A DNA stretch of 61,790 bases. Origin: Planctomycetota bacterium (GTDB lineage Bacteria; Planctomycetota; Planctomycetia; JALXBF01). The DNA lies in the NCBI GenBank assembly GCA_026991575.1, contig JALXBF010000087.1, positions 1 to 61,790 of the forward strand. Direction: 5' to 3'. Numbering within the stretch: position 1 is the first letter of the stretch; each line of letters opens with the position of its first letter. The translations under genes and the position numbers were made by a program. The notes below the pieces were generated by a model, which searched no databases, was not told where the DNA came from, and saw only the letters and a program-made list of their open reading frames with translations. Below are positions 49,308-61,790 of the stretch, piece by piece.

Positions 49308-49628
49308 ATGGCAGAGCCACGTGGTAGCCGCGGTAACGGGCGAACCGTCTGGCGGGTCGCGGACGTCCTCCACGAGGTTCTTGCTGGTTATGGCCTGAAT
49401 CGACGTCGTGGGCAGCTGGAGCTGGAGCGGGTCTGGGCCAAGGTGGCCGGTGCGGAGCTGGGTGCGCGGACCCGGGTGGGGCGGAAGTGTCGCGACCAGC
49501 TGGAGATCCTGGTGGACGACGCCGTGTTGCTGCATGAACTGGTCGGCTTCCGCCTTGAAGAGCTCCAGCAGAAGATGCAGGCGGCGACAGGGGGCCGCAT
49601 CCGCTCACTGCGCTTTCGGCTCGCTTGA
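49308..49628 (+). CDS. DUF721/DciA-family protein
   Basis: W-x-x-V-A-G, LEILVDD...HEL, I-x-x-L-R-F; position between dnaN and gyrB. Confidence 0.8.
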   Translation: MAEPRGSRGNGRTVWRVADVLHEVLAGYGLNRRRGQLELERVWAKVAGAELGARTRVGRKCRDQLEILVDDAVLLHELVGFRLEELQQKMQAATGGRIRSLRFRLA

Positions 49629-49657
49629 CAGACAGTACGTGCGAGGAACGACGGACG

Positions 49658-52132
49658 ATGTCAGCACCAAGTAGACGAGAAGAAGAGCGAGGCCAGCCTG
49701 AGGCCGCGTCCGGAGCCGAGTACACGTCGAAGGACATCCGCGTGCTGAAGGGTGTGGAGGCCGTGCGTAAACGGCCGGCGATGTACATCGGCGACACGGG
49801 GATCCGCGGCCTGCACCATCTCGTCTACGAGCTTGTGGATAACTCGATCGACGAGGCCATGGCCGGGTACTGCACCCGGATCGTGGTTCGCCTGCACCCG
49901 GACGGTAGCGTGACGGTTGCCGACGACGGCCGCGGCATTCCCGTGGACATCCATCCGACCGAAGGGATTCCGGCTCTGGAGCTCATCCTCACCCGCGTTC
50001 ACGCTGGCGGCAAGTTCGACCGGACCGCGTACAAGGTTTCCGGCGGGCTCCACGGTGTGGGGCTGACGGTGGTGAACGCGCTCAGCGAGTGGCTCGAGGT
50101 GGAGGTCTGGCGCGACGGGAAGGTGTACGCGCAGGAGTACGAGCGCGGCAGGCCGGTGAGCGAGCTGCGTGTGATTGGCACCAGTAACAAGCGCGGCACC
50201 AAGATCTGCTTCAAGCCCGACCCGGAAATCTTCCCAGACACCCGATTCCGGTATGACATCCTGGAAAACCGCCTGCGTGAGCTGGCGTTCCTGAACAAGG
50301 GCGTCCGCATCCGGATCGTGGACGAACGGGATCAGAAGGAAGCGGAGTTTTACTACGAGGGGGGCATTGTTGAGTTCGTCAAGTACCTGAACCGTACGGA
50401 AACCCCGCTTCATCCGGACGTCATCTACGTCAACCGTGAGCGTGATGGCATTCGTGTCGAGGTCGCCCTGCAGTACAACGAGGGGTTCAAGGAGACCGTC
50501 TACGGCTATGCGAACAACATCCGCACCGTGGAAGGCGGCACGCACGTCAGCGGCTTTCGCGCGGGGCTGACGCGTGCGCTGGCCACCTACGGCCGCAAGG
50601 AGGGCCTCTTCAGCAAGGTCACTCCCTCCGGAGAAGATTTCCGTGAGGGGCTCACGGCGGTGATCAGTGTGCTCGTGCCGGAGCCGCAGTTCGAGGGCCA
50701 AACGAAGACGAAGCTGGGCAACAGCGAGGTGGAGGGCTTGGTAGCATCGGTTGTGCACGAGCATCTGACAACGTACCTTGAGGAACACCCGGCAACGGCC
50801 AAGAAGATCATCCAGAAGGGATTGCTTGCAGCTGAGGCGCGCGAGGCGGCACGCAAGGCACGTGAACTAACGCGGCGGCAGGGGGCGCTGAAAACGAGCA
50901 AGCTGCCCGGAAAGCTCCGCGACTGTACGAGCGAGGAGATCGAGGGCACGGAGCTGTTCCTGGTCGAGGGGCAGTCGGCGGGCGGGACGGCCGACTCGGC
51001 CCGTAACCGCCACTTTCAGGCGATCCTGCCCCTGCGCGGCAAGATCCTGAACGTGGAGAAGGCCCGTCTGGAGAAGGTGCTCCGCAACGAGGAGCTCACC
51101 TGCATCTTCCAGGCGCTCGGCGTGCTGCCCGGCGAAAACGGCAATGCCAAGCCGCGCTACGGCAAAGTCATCCTCATGACAGACGCCGACGTAGACGGCA
51201 GCCACATCCGCACGCTGTTACTGACGTTTTTCTTCCGTCAACTGCCCCAGCTGCTGGCGGACGGCATGGTCTACGTCGCCCAACCGCCGTTGTATCGAGT
51301 GCGGCAACGCAAGAAGAAGTGGTATGTGCACACCGAGGAGGAAATGCGCGAGCAGCTCATCCGCCTGGGTCTGGAAGGAACCACTGTGGAGAGGCCGGGC
51401 GGCAAGCCGATTGAACCAGAAAAGCTGGAGCGACTGGTGCAGACGTTGGCTAAGCTCGAGGAGCCGCTGCAGGCGGTTGAGCGTCGCGGTATCTCGTTGC
51501 GCCTGCTGCTGGAAAAGTACGATCCGCAGACAGGCAAGCTGCCGGTTTTCCGCGTGCGGCACGGCGCGGAGGAGCGGTGGTTCGCGACGATCGACCAGGT
51601 CGAGCGCTATGTCGAGAACCTTCGGGCGCAGCGAGGGGATTCGGTGGAAGTTGCCGACGAGGAGGCTCCCGAGCAGGAAGACGGCGCCACCGACGACGCC
51701 GTACGGGTAAGTGAAGTTCATGAGGTCCGCACCATCAACCGGCTGCTGCCCACCCTGGAGGAGTGCGGGGTCAGCATCGCAGAGTTGCTACCCGGTGAGG
51801 CGCCCATCGGCGAGGAACCACCGCCGCTGTTCTTGGTCAGACGAGGAAAGGACGAGATTCCCGTCGACTCGCTCCGCGGGCTTGTCGCTGCGGTCCGCAA
51901 GCTCGGCGAGAAAGGGCTTGATGTCACCCGCTTTAAGGGTCTCGGCGAAATGAACGCCGACGAGCTGTGGGAGACAACCATGGATCCGCAGCGGCGCGTG
52001 CTGCTTCGGGTGAGCCTGGAGGATGCGCAGGGAGCAGACGAGTTGTTCCGCGTCCTGATGGGCGACCAGGTCGAACCGCGGCGCGAATTCATCGAAACGC
52101 ACGCCCTTGAAGTGAAGACACTGGATATCTGA
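49658..52132 (+). CDS. gyrB: DNA gyrase subunit B (with long TOPRIM insertion)
   Basis: EAVRKRPAMYIG, DNSIDE, GGLHGVG, EGQSAGG, PLRGKILN, MTDADVDGSHI, RFKGLGEM. Confidence 0.97.
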   Translation: MSAPSRREEERGQPEAASGAEYTSKDIRVLKGVEAVRKRPAMYIGDTGIRGLHHLVYELVDNSIDEAMAGYCTRIVVRLHPDGSVTVADDGRGIPVDIHPTEGIPALELILTRVHAGGKFDRTAYKVSGGLHGVGLTVVNALSEWLEVEVWRDGKVYAQEYERGRPVSELRVIGTSNKRGTKICFKPDPEIFPDTRFRYDILENRLRELAFLNKGVRIRIVDERDQKEAEFYYEGGIVEFVKYLNRTETPLHPDVIYVNRERDGIRVEVALQYNEGFKETVYGYANNIRTVEGGTHVSGFRAGLTRALATYGRKEGLFSKVTPSGEDFREGLTAVISVLVPEPQFEGQTKTKLGNSEVEGLVASVVHEHLTTYLEEHPATAKKIIQKGLLAAEAREAARKARELTRRQGALKTSKLPGKLRDCTSEEIEGTELFLVEGQSAGGTADSARNRHFQAILPLRGKILNVEKARLEKVLRNEELTCIFQALGVLPGENGNAKPRYGKVILMTDADVDGSHIRTLLLTFFFRQLPQLLADGMVYVAQPPLYRVRQRKKKWYVHTEEEMREQLIRLGLEGTTVERPGGKPIEPEKLERLVQTLAKLEEPLQAVERRGISLRLLLEKYDPQTGKLPVFRVRHGAEERWFATIDQVERYVENLRAQRGDSVEVADEEAPEQEDGATDDAVRVSEVHEVRTINRLLPTLEECGVSIAELLPGEAPIGEEPPPLFLVRRGKDEIPVDSLRGLVAAVRKLGEKGLDVTRFKGLGEMNADELWETTMDPQRRVLLRVSLEDAQGADELFRVLMGDQVEPRREFIETHALEVKTLDI

Positions 52133-52163
52133 GTGAACGCGGCACAGCCCAGGGAGGGATCCG

Positions 52164-53675
52164 ATGGACACGGCGGAAGAGCGCATCGGAGTGCGCCCCG
52201 TCTGGCAATACACGTGCCTGGCCCTGCTGTGGGCGGCGCTGGTGACGGTGCGCGCCACCGCACCGGCAGACCTAGCGGACAACGCCCAGCACCGACAGGC
52301 GGCATACGTAGCGGACCTGTACTACAACGGCTCTTGGCTGTACCAGCGCGACGCTGACGGGTCATTCCAGTCCAAGCCCCCGGTCTACAACTGGCTCGCG
52401 GGGGTCGTTGCATGGTGCCGCGGTTCGCTGGACGAGGTCTCTCTGTATGCCCCCTGCGCGCTAGCCGCACTCGCAACGGCGTTGACGACAACGGCCGTGT
52501 GCTGGAAAGCGGGCCTGCCGGCTGAGGCCGCGCTGTTGGCCGGTGTGGCCTGCCTAGCGTCACCTTTGGGAATCAAGCTTGTCTGGCTGGCCCGGACCGA
52601 TACGCTTTTCGCCGCGCTGAGCTGGTTCACGGCCCTGGCAGGCTTCGCGGCGCTGCACGGCAAGAACTGGCTGATATTCTGGACCGTTGCGGCGGCGGCA
52701 ACTTTGACGAAGGGGCCACTTGCCGTTATGCTTGCCGGCGTCGGCATGGCGGGCTATACGTGGTGCCGGCGGCAGAGCGTGCGCCCGGGGTGGCGCGGCA
52801 TGGTGACCGGTTTCCTGCTGTTCTCGGCGATCACACTGGGCTGGCTCCTGTCGGCGGTTGCCGTCGGGGGCAGCGGCATTGCCCGCAAGCTGCTCGGGCA
52901 GGAGCTCGTGCAGCACGCTCTCTTCGGTGTCGAACGCCGGGTGCCGTTCTACAGCTTCTACAAGCCTCCGATGAGCTTTCTGGCGCGCTTCTTCCCGTGG
53001 TCGGTTCTGGCGATAGCAGGTGGGATCCGCTGCTGGCGACTGCGTGATCGGGTGCATCCGCTGCTGCTGTTCGCGGCAGCCTACGCCGCGCTCGGCCTTG
53101 CGCTGCTGATGGTCTCCCCCCACCACCGCGCCGACCACTTGGCCCCGCTGCTGCCCGCCGCTGCGGTGGTTGCCGCCTGGTGGCTGTCTGAGCGACTGGC
53201 CGACAGGAACCGAGCTCTGCTGATCGGAGCGTACGGTGCCGGCGCGCTTGCGACGCTGGCTGCCTACGTCCACTACGGACTGGTCCGCCCGAACGACCCG
53301 GCCGTGCAACGCTCGATTGCGCTGAAGGCGGCAGCCGAAGTGCTCCGTTCATGGCGTGGGCACGTCCACGTGGTGCCATACCGGGCCACCGGTGCCTTCC
53401 AGTTCTATTCGGGTAGCTTGTCAGTGGATACCACGGTGGAGCCGCTTCTGGAGGCACTCGCCACGGGCAAGCCGGTCGTGGTTGTCACAACGAACAGCGA
53501 CGCGCTGGCACGTGAGCTGCAGTTCGTGGACCCTCAGGGTTGGCTGGCCGGCCTATTGCGACCGCTAAAGCTTTCCTCGGCCCCCGCTGCCCCAGAGGTA
53601 CGCCTCTACGCAGCGGGCCCCCGCGATCGCCTGACCGTTTCACGGGCCGATCAGCCGGATCGCGCACGCCGCTAG
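52164..53675 (+). CDS. ArnT/PMT-like GT-C glycosyltransferase
   Basis: KPPVYNW, ARTD, LTKGP, FFPWS; polytopic. Confidence 0.8.
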   Translation: MDTAEERIGVRPVWQYTCLALLWAALVTVRATAPADLADNAQHRQAAYVADLYYNGSWLYQRDADGSFQSKPPVYNWLAGVVAWCRGSLDEVSLYAPCALAALATALTTTAVCWKAGLPAEAALLAGVACLASPLGIKLVWLARTDTLFAALSWFTALAGFAALHGKNWLIFWTVAAAATLTKGPLAVMLAGVGMAGYTWCRRQSVRPGWRGMVTGFLLFSAITLGWLLSAVAVGGSGIARKLLGQELVQHALFGVERRVPFYSFYKPPMSFLARFFPWSVLAIAGGIRCWRLRDRVHPLLLFAAAYAALGLALLMVSPHHRADHLAPLLPAAAVVAAWWLSERLADRNRALLIGAYGAGALATLAAYVHYGLVRPNDPAVQRSIALKAAAEVLRSWRGHVHVVPYRATGAFQFYSGSLSVDTTVEPLLEALATGKPVVVVTTNSDALARELQFVDPQGWLAGLLRPLKLSSAPAAPEVRLYAAGPRDRLTVSRADQPDRARR

Positions 53676-53708
53676 GCGGCTGCGTGCGGCGGCGCAGCGA
53701 GCCGCCAG

Positions 53709-54353
53709 TTAGCGTCGGGGTGCCCTGCGGCTGACAAAGCGGCTGTCGCGTAGGAGAAACCGCAGCGGGAGCTCCTTTGCTGAGGTGACACCGATCCGTG
53801 GCGTGCAAGCGACAGCCTGCGCGGGGATCTGCTCCCCGGCGGCCAGCCAGAGCCGGAGGGGGCGGGTAAGGTCTTCGCCGTCCAGACGCCGGTCGATGGC
53901 GAATGCCTCGCACAGCCGGCCCGGCCCGGTAGTCAGCTTGGTCGGGTCGGCTGTGCAGCGCAGTCGACACATCTGCTCCACGCCCACCAGCGGCTCGACC
54001 GCCCGAATCAGCACCGCGCTCGGAGTGCCGATCGGCTCGGTCACAACATTCAAGCAATGGCGGCTGTGAATGGCGTAGACGTACGCGTGTCCGGGTGGGC
54101 CGAACATTGAGCGGTTTCGTGGTGTCTGGCCGCGGTGGGCGTGGTTGGCGCTGTCCCCCCGTGCCAGGTACGCTTCTGTCTCCGTGATGCGCCCCACGAG
54201 CAGCGTTCCGTCCTCAAGTCGCCGGCAAAGAAGCGCGCCCAGGAGCGAGCGGGCCACGACAATTGGATCGCGATCGTAGTACGGCCGCGGGATGGGGGGG
54301 TAGAGTGACGGGTCGTTGCGTGGGTCTTCTGCCGCCGGCCTGCCGCTAGCCAT
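53709..54353 (-). CDS. DNA-3-methyladenine glycosylase (AAG/MPG family)
   Basis: ARSLLG, ITETEAY, MFGPPGHAYVY, LNVV, AVLIRA, GPGRL, RIGV. Confidence 0.93.
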   Translation of the reverse strand: MASGRPAAEDPRNDPSLYPPIPRPYYDRDPIVVARSLLGALLCRRLEDGTLLVGRITETEAYLARGDSANHAHRGQTPRNRSMFGPPGHAYVYAIHSRHCLNVVTEPIGTPSAVLIRAVEPLVGVEQMCRLRCTADPTKLTTGPGRLCEAFAIDRRLDGEDLTRPLRLWLAAGEQIPAQAVACTPRIGVTSAKELPLRFLLRDSRFVSRRAPRR

Positions 54354-56061
54354 AGAGCTCCTCGATCGTCCCCGCGTAGCGCTGCTCGATCACATTGCGT
54401 CGCAGCTTCAGCGTCGGCGTGAGCTCATCGGCGGCGATGCTGAACGGCCGCGACAGCAGGGCGAACCGTTTGATGCGCTCCCAGCTCGCCAGCTCGGCAC
54501 ACCGCTGCTCGACAACCCTTCCAACCAGCTCCCGCGCCTCGGGCCGCCGCACCAACTCTTCAGGCAGCACGTTATCGGCTGCGCCCAACCGCTGGCGAAG
54601 CTCAGCAAAGTTCGGCACGATGAGCGCGGCAAGGTAAGGCCGGCCGTCGCCGACGACGGCGACCTGCTCGATGAGCGGGTCGGTCAAGAGCGCCCCCTCG
54701 ACAGCGACCGGGGCAACGTTCTTGCCGGTCGACAGCACGATCAGCTCCTTCTTGCGACCGGTGATCGTCAGGTATCCGTCGGCATCCAGTTCGCCGAGGT
54801 CGCCGGTGTGGAGCCAGCCGTCTACGATCGCCTCACGCGTCGCCGCCTCGTTGCGCCAGTAGCCGGCCATCACGTGTGGCCCGCGCGTGAGCACTTCGCC
54901 GTCGTCGGCAATCGCCACGTCGATTCCCGGAATCGGTCTCCCGGAGGAGCCGAAGCGGTTCTGTTCCGGTGTGTTCACGGAAATGACCGGCGAGCTTTCC
55001 GTCAGCCCGTAGCCCTGGAGCAAGAGGATGCCCGCGTTGCTGAGTCCCTCGGCGATCTCGCGCGGGAGAGCGGCTCCGCCGGAGATTGCCCACAGGAAGC
55101 GGTCGCCCATCAGTTGCCGTGCACGCAAGCGGCGCTGCTCGGCGGGCAACGCAGCCAGTTCAGCCCAGATCTTCTCATAGAAGCGCGGCACGGCCGTTAG
55201 GTGGGTCGGCTGCGTTGCAGCGATGTCGTCGAGCAGCTCCGGCAGGCCGCCGCTGATGGCGACCGTCGTACCGGCAAGCATGGGCTGGTAGTGATCCGCC
55301 AGCCGCGCGAACACATGGCTGTATGGCAACCAGTTGAGTTGGAGGCCGTCTGTCGGGTGAGGCAGGATCTGGAGTGTGGCCAGTGCATTGAAAAGGAAGT
55401 TCCCGTGGGTCAGCATCACGCCCTTCGGTTCCCCGGTGGTACCTGACGTGTAGAGAATGGTGGCCAGGCTTTCAGGGGTCAGCCCATCGACACGGCTGCG
55501 CAGGCTTCCTGCCAGGTGGGCTAGCCGTCTTCGCCCTCTCAAGCGCAGGGCCTGCCAGGACAGGACTCGCGCCAGGTTACGGCTGGCCAGCGTCTCGGCC
55601 GCCGATTGGTCGATCGCGATAACAGCTTCTAATGATGGCTGGGACAGGCGGCCGATAGCTTCGGCCAGGCGATTGGCTTCGTCCCGGCCGGCGACCACCA
55701 CGAAGCGGGCCTCGGAGTGTTCGATCTGGAAAGCGATTTGGCTTGGCGAAAGCGGCGGATGGATCGGGACGGTCACGCCGCCGGCGGTGAGAATGGCCAG
55801 GTCGTTGACCAACCACTCGAACCGATTCCTGCTCAGCAGCGCGACCCGTTCCTGCGGCTGGAGTCCCGCGTTAACCCAGCCGGCAGCGGTCTCTTCCACC
55901 AGCGCGCCGTAGTCTTGCCAGGAGAGCGCGTAGAAGTAGCCGTGTTGTTTCCAGAGCAGAGCTGGCCGTGCGCCGGAGGAGCGGACGCGGTGTCGGAATG
56001 CCTCCGGGATAGACGGCCAGCGGATCGGGTCGCGCAATGGCTCGCCGGAAACGACTCGCAT
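54346..56061 (-). CDS. Long-chain fatty acid-CoA ligase
   Basis: YTSGTTGEPKGV, GYGLTE, GWLHTGDLG, GRKKE, ELTPTLKLRR. Confidence 0.92.
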   Translation of the reverse strand: MRVVSGEPLRDPIRWPSIPEAFRHRVRSSGARPALLWKQHGYFYALSWQDYGALVEETAAGWVNAGLQPQERVALLSRNRFEWLVNDLAILTAGGVTVPIHPPLSPSQIAFQIEHSEARFVVVAGRDEANRLAEAIGRLSQPSLEAVIAIDQSAAETLASRNLARVLSWQALRLRGRRRLAHLAGSLRSRVDGLTPESLATILYTSGTTGEPKGVMLTHGNFLFNALATLQILPHPTDGLQLNWLPYSHVFARLADHYQPMLAGTTVAISGGLPELLDDIAATQPTHLTAVPRFYEKIWAELAALPAEQRRLRARQLMGDRFLWAISGGAALPREIAEGLSNAGILLLQGYGLTESSPVISVNTPEQNRFGSSGRPIPGIDVAIADDGEVLTRGPHVMAGYWRNEAATREAIVDGWLHTGDLGELDADGYLTITGRKKELIVLSTGKNVAPVAVEGALLTDPLIEQVAVVGDGRPYLAALIVPNFAELRQRLGAADNVLPEELVRRPEARELVGRVVEQRCAELASWERIKRFALLSRPFSIAADELTPTLKLRRNVIEQRYAGTIEELYG

Positions 56062-56063
56062 GG

Positions 56064-57221
56064 TCAGATCGCCTCGAAGACCGTGGCGATTCCCTGGCCA
56101 CCACCGATACACATGGTAGCCACGCCGATGGCGGCGCCGCGCGCGCGCATGGCGTGGAGCAGGGTGGTTGCGATCCGGGCGCCGCTAGCGCCGAGCGGGT
56201 GGCCGATCGCGATGGCACCGCCACATACGTTTACCCGCTCCAGATCGATACCCAACTGGTTGATGACCGCCAGCGTCTGCACGGCGAATGCTTCGTTGAT
56301 CTCGAACAGTGATACGTCGTTTACTGTCAGGCCGGCTCGCTCCAGGGCTTTCAGCGTTGCCGGGACGGGTCCGATCCCCATGACGCCCGGGTCGACGCCG
56401 ACGACCGCGTCGGTCAGCACGCGGGCCATCGGCTCGTAGCCGAGCTCGCGCGCCTTTTCTGCGGACATGACCAGCATGGCAGCGGCGCCGACACTGATCT
56501 GCGAGGAGTTTCCGGCGGTGACGGTGCCGTTGACCGGGTCGAAGGCCGGAGGCAGTTTGGCGAGGATCTCCAGGCTGGTGTCTTTGCGAATGCCCTGGTC
56601 CCGGGTAATGACCTGCTTGTGACCCTCCGGGTCACGGCCCCAGACGGGCACGATCTCGCGCGCGAAGTGGCCACTTTCGGTGGCCTCGTCTGCGAGCCGA
56701 TGGCTTCGCAGTGCGAACTCGTCCTGCTGGCGCCGGTCGATCCGGTACTTCCGCACCATGTACTCAGCCACGATGCCCATGTGCAGCGTACCCGGACTCC
56801 ACTTGCGAAACAGCGCCGGTGGTGGGTCGAAGTCCTTGTCCATCGGCAGATGGTGCATATGTTCTACACCGCCGACAACGACGATCTCCGCCGCTTCGGC
56901 ACGGATCGCATGCACTGCTTGGTTGAGCGCCTGGAGGCTGGAGCCGCAGTTCCTGCTGACGGTCACGCCGGGCACCTGGATGGGCAGCCCCGCCAGCAGG
57001 GCGATCGTCCGGGCCACGTTGTAGCCCTGCTCCCCCTGCTGCTGGACGCAGCCCCAGATGAGATCGTCCACGAGGTCGCCGGGCAGCTGGGTGCGTTCCA
57101 GCAGTGCGCGTACCAGCGCGGCGCTGAGATCGTCGGCGCGCACGTCCCTGAAGTACCCGCGCTCCGGATCGGCTTTCGCGATCGGGGTGCGCACGCAGTC
57201 AACCACCACGACGTCACGCAT
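56064..57221 (-). CDS. Acetyl-CoA C-acyltransferase (thiolase)
   Basis: RNCGSS, NEAF, GHPLGASG, CIGGGQG. Confidence 0.93.
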   Translation of the reverse strand: MRDVVVVDCVRTPIAKADPERGYFRDVRADDLSAALVRALLERTQLPGDLVDDLIWGCVQQQGEQGYNVARTIALLAGLPIQVPGVTVSRNCGSSLQALNQAVHAIRAEAAEIVVVGGVEHMHHLPMDKDFDPPPALFRKWSPGTLHMGIVAEYMVRKYRIDRRQQDEFALRSHRLADEATESGHFAREIVPVWGRDPEGHKQVITRDQGIRKDTSLEILAKLPPAFDPVNGTVTAGNSSQISVGAAAMLVMSAEKARELGYEPMARVLTDAVVGVDPGVMGIGPVPATLKALERAGLTVNDVSLFEINEAFAVQTLAVINQLGIDLERVNVCGGAIAIGHPLGASGARIATTLLHAMRARGAAIGVATMCIGGGQGIATVFEAI

Positions 57222-57223
57222 GC

Positions 57224-60829
<3,606 letters not shown>

Positions 60830-60896
60830 CGTTGCTGACAGCTTCCTACCGGCTCTCTCTTGCCCGGTGCAACCATCGATCGCGTGCCCGACAGGC

Positions 60897-61739
60897 TCAG
60901 GCACTGAGCGAAGGCGGACTGGCCAGGAGTTGCTGAGCGAGGCGTTCGGCACAGGCTAGGTCGTCACAACGTGGCACCACGGTCGCACGCAACCGCGTGC
61001 GCAAAATGACGCCCTTTTCCAGATCCAAGCCGAACAGGCCGAAGGCCCAGCGCAGTCTGCAGCCACGCCTTCGCACGATGATCCGGGTCACATCCATGGG
61101 GTGTCCCAGCTCAAGGTAGCTCCACGATAGACCGTTCGGCCGGTAGACGACAACGGCAAGTCCGTACTGGCCGAGCACCGCCGCACGAGCCGCCGCCGGC
61201 CAGCGACCGTCGCGCAACAGGCCGCTGACCTGCTCGTCCCGTACCAGCGTTTGCCACGTGCGGGTCTGTTCCGAGAGCTCGAGCCAGCGGACGCTCCGTT
61301 CACCATCGGCCACGGCTGCCAGCAGCTCACCGCTGGACACCTGACCAACGGTGAACAGCTCGAAACCGCGCAGCGGCGGCACGATGCTCGTGCTGACGGA
61401 GACCTCCAACTCCAGCAGTGACGACTCCAGCACGCGCCAGCGAAGCTCGTAACGTGTCGGGTTCGCGGGTCCCTCATCGAAGCAGGCGACCACCTGCTGC
61501 TCTCTTGACCAGTGCTGCCAGGTCCCGCCCCGGGCCGGCGCCGGGCGCGGATCTACCCCCTGAGCCAGCCACTGGCTCACCGCCAGTACTGGCCCCGGGA
61601 TCACCAGCCCGTGGCTACTCAGGCGACGCAGACCGGCCGGTCCAGCATGCAGCAACAGAGATGCGGTCAGCTCCGGCAGTCGTAGCCGATATGCACGTTC
61701 TCGAACGCGTTCCCAGTGCTGCTCGGTGGCTTGCTCCAT
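60897..61739 (-). CDS. Hypothetical protein; start uncertain (may extend to 61784)
   Basis: Long ORF with protein-like C-terminus LFGLDLEKGVILRTRLRA. Confidence 0.6.
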   Translation of the reverse strand: MEQATEQHWERVRERAYRLRLPELTASLLLHAGPAGLRRLSSHGLVIPGPVLAVSQWLAQGVDPRPAPARGGTWQHWSREQQVVACFDEGPANPTRYELRWRVLESSLLELEVSVSTSIVPPLRGFELFTVGQVSSGELLAAVADGERSVRWLELSEQTRTWQTLVRDEQVSGLLRDGRWPAAARAAVLGQYGLAVVVYRPNGLSWSYLELGHPMDVTRIIVRRRGCRLRWAFGLFGLDLEKGVILRTRLRATVVPRCDDLACAERLAQQLLASPPSLSA

Positions 61740-61790
61740 GACGCCTTCCAGCCTCTCTTCGGGCTTGCGCCGACGCGGCACCACGGCCTG

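Overview
GC-rich chromosomal backbone, most likely from a Planctomycetota bacterium (inferred from PPC-domain, Tat-Gfo/Idh/MocA and DUF3568 proteins, a Tex with a long C-terminal tail, and dnaN-DUF721-gyrB without adjacent dnaA/recF/gyrA). It has about 50 CDS, mostly housekeeping, envelope and redox genes. I saw no rRNA, tRNA, CRISPR array or intact mobile element. Main signals: (1) a divergent pair of genes split by in-frame TGA codons exactly at the catalytic Cys position, i.e. probable selenoproteins: a peroxiredoxin (FTPV-U) and an exported deiodinase-like CxxU protein fused to a DsbD-alpha-like domain, each followed by SECIS-like hairpins; (2) a consensus sigma-54 promoter and a structured 150-nt leader in front of an HPr-fold protein lacking both His15 and Ser46; (3) a candidate multi-hairpin ncRNA or riboswitch-like element upstream of hpt; (4) a possible oriC upstream of dnaN; (5) several degenerate catalytic motifs (TreS-fused maltokinase, GyrB EGQSA, an esterase without its Ser); (6) xylB broken at the left end by a possible integrase-like fragment. 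All family assignments come from reading motifs by eye, with no database searches.
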